Assembly (NCBI GenBank): GCA_945918795.1
Contig: CAMEIT010000003.1
Coordinates: forward strand, 1-61,442
DNA length: 61,442 nt
Direction of reading: 5' to 3'
From: an uncultured Clostridia bacterium
Lineage (GTDB): Bacteria > Bacillota > Clostridia > HGM11327
Shown: one piece after another, positions 56,963-61,442 of the stretch
Position numbering within the stretch: position 1 is the stretch's first letter
How the letters are laid out: each line of letters opens with the position of its first letter
The notes under the pieces: generated by a model
What the model was told of the DNA's origin: nothing
What the model saw: the letters and a program-made list of their open reading frames with translations, nothing else
Databases searched by the model: none
Translations under genes and position numbers: made by a program

Positions 56963-58063
56963 TTATTTTTTTACAATATAGCCTTCTCGGTAAAGCAATT
57001 CCGCAATAAGAACTGCTCCGCCTGCGGCGCCTCTGAGCGTATTGTGCGAAAGTCCCACAAATTTATAGTCGTAAACAGTATCCTCTCTGAGTCTGCCTAC
57101 CGTTATGCCCATGCCTTTGTAAATATCTCTGTCAAGCCTTGCCTGCGGACGGTTATCCTCTTCAAAATAAGTGATGAACTGCTCCGGAGCGCTCGGAAGT
57201 CCCATTTCCTGCGGCTTGCCCTTGAATTCCTTCCATGCACGGAGAATTTCTTCCTTTGACGGCTTGTTTTCAAACGAAACAAACACTGCAGCCGTATGTC
57301 CGTCGCTCACGGGAACTCTTATGCACTGCGTTGTGATTATGGGGGATTGAGCCTTGACTATCTTATTGCCCTCTATGTGTCCCCATATTTTAAGCGGTTC
57401 CTGCTCGCTCTTTTCCTCCTCACCACCGATGTAAGGAATAACGTTGTCTATCATTTCCGGCCATTCCTTGAATGTTTTGCCCGCGCCGCTTATCGCCTGA
57501 TACGTAGTTGCAACAACCACCTTCGGCCTATACTTAAGAAGAGGTGTGAGTGCCGGAACGTAGCTTTGAATGGAGCAATTCGGTTTTACGGCTATGAATC
57601 CGTATTTTGTTCCAAGGCGCTTTCTTTGTGCGTCTATTATTTTGATATGCTCGTCATTTATTTCGGGAATAACCATCGGCACGTCTTCTGTCCAACGATT
57701 AGCGCTGTTGTTTGATACAACAGGTATTTCCGCCTTTGCGTATGCTTCCTCAAGAGCCTTTATCTCTTCCTTCTTCATATCAACCGCACAGAACACAAAG
57801 TCAACAAGCTTTGAAATTTCTTCGATCTTGTCGGACGACATAACCACCATATCCTTTACGGATTCGGGAATATCCGATGACATTTTCCATCTTTGACCGA
57901 CAGCCTCGGAATATTTAAGTCCTGCCGAACGCGGACTTGCCGCCAGCACCGAAATTTCAAAATAGGGATGATTCTGAAGAAGAGTTATAAAGCGCTGTCC
58001 TACCATACCCGTTGCGCCTATTATGCCTGCTCTTAATTTATTGCTCATTATTATAGTAACCAT
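56963..58063 (-). CDS. asd: aspartate-semialdehyde dehydrogenase
   Basis: GIIGATGMVGQ NAD(P) motif, catalytic NCSIQ, and SHNTLRGAAGGAV at the C-terminus. An alternative start at 58048 (MSNKLRAG) is equally plausible. Confidence 0.9.
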   Translation of the reverse strand: MVTIIMSNKLRAGIIGATGMVGQRFITLLQNHPYFEISVLAASPRSAGLKYSEAVGQRWKMSSDIPESVKDMVVMSSDKIEEISKLVDFVFCAVDMKKEEIKALEEAYAKAEIPVVSNNSANRWTEDVPMVIPEINDEHIKIIDAQRKRLGTKYGFIAVKPNCSIQSYVPALTPLLKYRPKVVVATTYQAISGAGKTFKEWPEMIDNVIPYIGGEEEKSEQEPLKIWGHIEGNKIVKAQSPIITTQCIRVPVSDGHTAAVFVSFENKPSKEEILRAWKEFKGKPQEMGLPSAPEQFITYFEEDNRPQARLDRDIYKGMGITVGRLREDTVYDYKFVGLSHNTLRGAAGGAVLIAELLYREGYIVKK

Positions 58064-58174
58064 ACCTCACACGGCGCCGCAATACGCCGCAAGGATTTCC
58101 TTTCTGACCAAATAAAGCCGATTTTGCGCGGCTTGATATAATTTTATATTCAAATGTACTGTAACATTGCGGTT

Positions 58175-58203
58175 ATTATACCACCGCGCCGACTATTTGT
58201 CAA
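58175..58203 (-). promoter_or_regulatory. sigma-A type promoter upstream of asd
   Basis: Minus strand TTGACA-aatagtcggcgcggtgg(17)-TATAAT with a TGn extended -10. Confidence 0.6.
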
Positions 58204-58212
58204 CAATCGGCA

Positions 58213-58578
58213 TCAGTCTTTGACATGATATTCAAATATTATCTTTTCTGCCGTTATTACATTGTCGTTTTTCGTACTTTTTACGTAATAAACCTCAACA
58301 ACGTCACCCGCAATGAACGATTCCGCAAGAAAAGCCTTGCCGTCTGTGTTTCTTATTTGTGTGTTCTCGGTTATAAGTATGTAAACACTCTCTTCAAAGC
58401 CGAATTCGGAGCCGTCAACATTAAGCACATAGTTATCCCGATCTTCCGAAACGGAAAGCGTTCTTATCGAGGTTATCACACCCTTGATATCTGCTTTTCG
58501 CGGCACGGCGGCAAACAGTATCGCCGCCGCCGCAATTATTATTAATATCGCTGAGATTATAATACGTTTTTTCATCAT
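58213..58578 (-). CDS. small membrane-anchored/secreted protein, unknown function
   Basis: 121 aa. N-terminal hydrophobic anchor [25 protein letters not shown]. Its start overlaps the gyrA stop (ATGA). Confidence 0.6.
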   Translation of the reverse strand: MMKKRIIISAILIIIAAAAILFAAVPRKADIKGVITSIRTLSVSEDRDNYVLNVDGSEFGFEESVYILITENTQIRNTDGKAFLAESFIAGDVVEVYYVKSTKNDNVITAEKIIFEYHVKD

Positions 58579-61148
58579 TCGTTACTATCCGATGCGTCCT
58601 CATTCGGCTGAACATCATCTTCAAGCTCAGGTTCTTCCGCTATAATGTTTTCGTTGACCTCGGCAGCTTCGTCGTCATGCGGAACGATTGCCGCAGATAC
58701 TACCTTTTCATCCTCGTCAAGGCGCATAAGCGTAACGCCTCTTGTACCTCTGCCGAGCTGAGCAAGCTGACTGAGCGCAGTCCTGATCATTATTCCGCTT
58801 GAATTCATAACTATTATATCATCATTGTCATCTATGCTGCGCATTGCAACAATGTCTCCCGTCTTGTCGTTCACAGTCATTGCAATCATGCCCTTGCCGC
58901 CTCTCGACTGACGTCTGTAAAGGTCGCTTACCGATCTCTTTCCGAAGCCGTTTTCGCTCACAAACAGCAGATCCTTTCCGTCCTCAATAGCTGCCAGATC
59001 AACAAGCTCATCACCCTCGTTGAAATTGATTCCGCGGATTCCTCTTGCATTTCTTCCCATAGGCCGCATATCGTTCTCGGAAAAGCGGATTCCTTTACCT
59101 GCCTTTGTTACTGCAATAACGTCGTTATCGCCGTTTGTAAACGCTACCGATATAAGCTCGTCACCCTCTTCAAGCGTAATGGCAATAAGACCGCTGCTTC
59201 TTATCTTCTTTATCTCGTCAAACTCCATTCGCTTTACATAGCCGAGTTTTGTGGCAAAAACTATATATTTCTTATCGAATTCCTTATCGAGCGGAATTAT
59301 ATGCTGTACTCGCTCCTCAGGCTGGAGATTTATGATGTTTATTACAGCCGTGCCCTTTGCGTTCTTTCCCGCCTCGGGGATATCGTAGCCCGTTGCCGTA
59401 TACACCTTACCGAAATTCGTAAAGAACAAAAGCTTGCAGTGAGTCGTGGTGGCAATAATATCTCTTATGAAATCATCTTCTCTTGCAGTCGCGCCCTTGA
59501 CACCCTTGCCGCCGCGATTCTGCGCTCTGTAAACGCTGAGTGGAGTACGCTTTATATAACCCCTGTTCGTGATTGAAATTACAATATCCTTCTCCTGGAT
59601 GAGATCCTCATAATTGATTTCCTCCATATTGTAATCTATCTGCGTTTTCCTGGGTTCTCCGTACTTCTGCTTTACGGAAAGAAGTTCCTCTTTGATAATA
59701 TCATACTGCATCTTATCGCTTTCGAGAACAGCCTTAAGGTACGAAATCGTATCCCTGAGAGCTTCGAGTTCTGCCTCTAACTTATTTATCTCAAGATTTG
59801 TGAGCTGTTGCAGGCGCATTTCGAGAATAGCTTGAGCCTGTTTTTCGCTGAAGCCATACAATTCGACAAGATTCTGTTTTGCATCCTGAGTTGTTTTCGA
59901 TGACCTTATCGTTTTTATTATCTCATCGATTATATCGTGAGCTTTGAGCAGACCTTCTACTATATGCGCTCTTGCTTCCGCCTTGTTGAGTTCAAAACGT
60001 GAGCGGCGCACAACAACGTCCTTTCTGTGAAGAACGTAATTGTATATCATATCACGCAGATTGAGTATTTTAGGCTCTCCGCCCACAAGAGCAAGCATAT
60101 TAACGCTGAAATTTGTCTGAAGCTCTGTGTACGTGAACAGCTTATTGAGAATAACGTTCGGATTTGCGTCCTTCTTGCACTCTATCATTATTCTCAGGCC
60201 CTCAATATCCGACTCATCTCTTATATCGGAAATGCCCGTAATTCTGCCGTCCTTTACGTGCTCGGCTATGTTTTTGATCATCTCCGCCTTATTGACCGTA
60301 TACGGTATTTCCGTTACCTCAATGGCAGATCTGCCGTTGCTCTTTTCGAGAATTTCCGTTTTTGCTCTTATTACTATTCTGCCCTTACCTGTCTGGTATA
60401 TCTGCTCTATCTCGCTGTTGCCGGTAATAATTGCGCCTGTCGGGAAATCGGGACCCTTTATTATTCTTGTAAGGTCTCTTATTGAAATATTATTGTCGTC
60501 AATATAAGCAACAGTTGCGTCTATTACGTCGGAAAGGTTATGCGGCGGAATATTTGTTGCCATACCGACAGCAATACCCTGTGCGCCGTTTACCAAAAGA
60601 TTAGGTATGCGTGACGGAAGTACGGTCGGTTCCTTCAATGTTTCGTCGAAGTTCGGCATGAAATCGACTGTATCCTTATCAAGATCCGCAAGCATTTCCG
60701 TTGCCACCCTTGTAAGTCTCGCCTCGGTATAACGCATTGCGGCAGGTGGGTCGCCGTCAAGCGAACCGAAGTTTCCGTGTCCGTCTACGAGCGGCTCACG
60801 GTATGAGAAATCCTGCGCCATACGTACCATTGCATCATAAATCGAGTTGTCGCCGTGGGGGTGGAATTTACCCATAACCTCACCGACGATTCTTGCCGAT
60901 TTCTTATGAGCAGTCGTAGGTGTAATTCCGAGCTCGGACATTCCGAACAGAATTCTTCTTTGAACAGGCTTAAGTCCGTCTCTTACATCGGGGAGCGCTC
61001 TTGCAACTATAACGCTCATCGAGTATTCGAGAAACGCTTTCTTTATCTGCTCTACTATCTTTACATCCGTAATACCCGTATGCACCGTAGGCTTGTCTAT
61101 CGGAGTATCGGCATTATCGTTTTTTATTTCATCTGACATATTGTTCAA
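58575..61148 (-). CDS. gyrA: DNA gyrase subunit A
   Basis: 857 aa. [17 protein letters not shown], the QRDR region [20 protein letters not shown], active-site AAMRYTE, and C-terminal beta-pinwheel repeats. Confidence 0.97.
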   Translation of the reverse strand: MNNMSDEIKNDNADTPIDKPTVHTGITDVKIVEQIKKAFLEYSMSVIVARALPDVRDGLKPVQRRILFGMSELGITPTTAHKKSARIVGEVMGKFHPHGDNSIYDAMVRMAQDFSYREPLVDGHGNFGSLDGDPPAAMRYTEARLTRVATEMLADLDKDTVDFMPNFDETLKEPTVLPSRIPNLLVNGAQGIAVGMATNIPPHNLSDVIDATVAYIDDNNISIRDLTRIIKGPDFPTGAIITGNSEIEQIYQTGKGRIVIRAKTEILEKSNGRSAIEVTEIPYTVNKAEMIKNIAEHVKDGRITGISDIRDESDIEGLRIMIECKKDANPNVILNKLFTYTELQTNFSVNMLALVGGEPKILNLRDMIYNYVLHRKDVVVRRSRFELNKAEARAHIVEGLLKAHDIIDEIIKTIRSSKTTQDAKQNLVELYGFSEKQAQAILEMRLQQLTNLEINKLEAELEALRDTISYLKAVLESDKMQYDIIKEELLSVKQKYGEPRKTQIDYNMEEINYEDLIQEKDIVISITNRGYIKRTPLSVYRAQNRGGKGVKGATAREDDFIRDIIATTTHCKLLFFTNFGKVYTATGYDIPEAGKNAKGTAVINIINLQPEERVQHIIPLDKEFDKKYIVFATKLGYVKRMEFDEIKKIRSSGLIAITLEEGDELISVAFTNGDNDVIAVTKAGKGIRFSENDMRPMGRNARGIRGINFNEGDELVDLAAIEDGKDLLFVSENGFGKRSVSDLYRRQSRGGKGMIAMTVNDKTGDIVAMRSIDDNDDIIVMNSSGIMIRTALSQLAQLGRGTRGVTLMRLDEDEKVVSAAIVPHDDEAAEVNENIIAEEPELEDDVQPNEDASDSNE

Positions 61149-61179
61149 TCATCCTTTTCGAATATTTTACCGCGGTGCA

Positions 61180-61442
61180 TTAAATATCGAGATTCTCGAC
61201 AAATTTTGCATTCTGTTCTATGAATTCTTTCCTCGGTTGAGACTTCTCTCCCATAAGCAGCGAGAACAACTCGTCCGCCATAGCCGCATCATCGACAGTA
61301 ACTCTTAGAAGCGTTCTTGTCTCTTTATCCATTGTCGTTTCCTTAAGTTGGTCTGCGTCCATTTCACCAAGACCCTTATAGCGCTGTACGTCGGCGCCCG
61401 TTCTGCCTACTCTGTCGAGAACCTCAGCAAGCTCGTCATCAT
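61180..61442 (-). CDS. gyrB: DNA gyrase subunit B, C-terminal end (5' part outside the window)
   Basis: The reading frame is open to the window edge. C-terminus ...[63 protein letters not shown] is a typical GyrB tail. Confidence 0.95.
   Translation of the reverse strand, partial: DDELAEVLDRVGRTGADVQRYKGLGEMDADQLKETTMDKETRTLLRVTVDDAAMADELFSLLMGEKSQPRKEFIEQNAKFVENLDI

Noticed and set aside
58049-58170. Lysine (L-box) riboswitch or attenuator in the asd leader
   Set aside because: The leader is only about 120 nt, too short for an L-box. It contains just a 6-bp hairpin (AAGCCG...CGGCTT) with a weak U-tract. It is noted but not supportable as a regulatory element.

Overview
This is a 61.4-kb chromosomal window from a low/medium-GC Firmicute. 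Gene content and synteny look Clostridia-like (yloU-yloV-recG, gyrB-gyrA, about 46 kb of co-oriented genes), but the taxon is inference only. The window breaks into four parts.

- **Left 12 kb:** a partial collagen-like (GPT/GAT repeat) protein, a secreted PT-linker protein, an M19 dipeptidase and CorA. It also holds an ECF-type sigma/anti-sigma pair, a signal-less beta-helix plus partner gene, and a 530-bp hairpin- and repeat-rich intergenic array.
- **12.4-40.5 kb:** a roughly 28-kb Wzx/Wzy-type exopolysaccharide locus.
  - Wzz, BY-kinase and PHP phosphatase sit on the + strand, convergent with a long minus-strand operon.
  - That operon encodes the priming phosphoglycosyl transferase, Ugd, 7 glycosyltransferases, 3 hexapeptide acetyltransferases, 2 AT3 acyltransferases, a pyruvyl transferase, Wzx, an EpsG/Wzy-like protein and Fkp.
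  - The locus is visibly mosaic in base composition and carries an IS110-family insertion.
  - Three decoration genes are interrupted: one by a G7/C7 homopolymer frameshift and two by in-frame TGA codons.
- **41-47 kb:** a thiamine operon, thiW-thiM-thiE-HAD-thiD-thiC-TPK. It sits behind a consensus promoter, a canonical TPP riboswitch with terminator, and a second, divergent TPP-like element.
- **47-61 kb:** housekeeping genes (recG, yloV, yloU, uxaA, uxaB, mutS2, asd, gyrA, partial gyrB).

I found no CRISPR array, tRNA/rRNA gene, prophage or convincing defence island. The unusual items are listed as findings. None can be shown to be novel from the sequence alone, and all product calls rest on motif recognition by eye, not on database searches.
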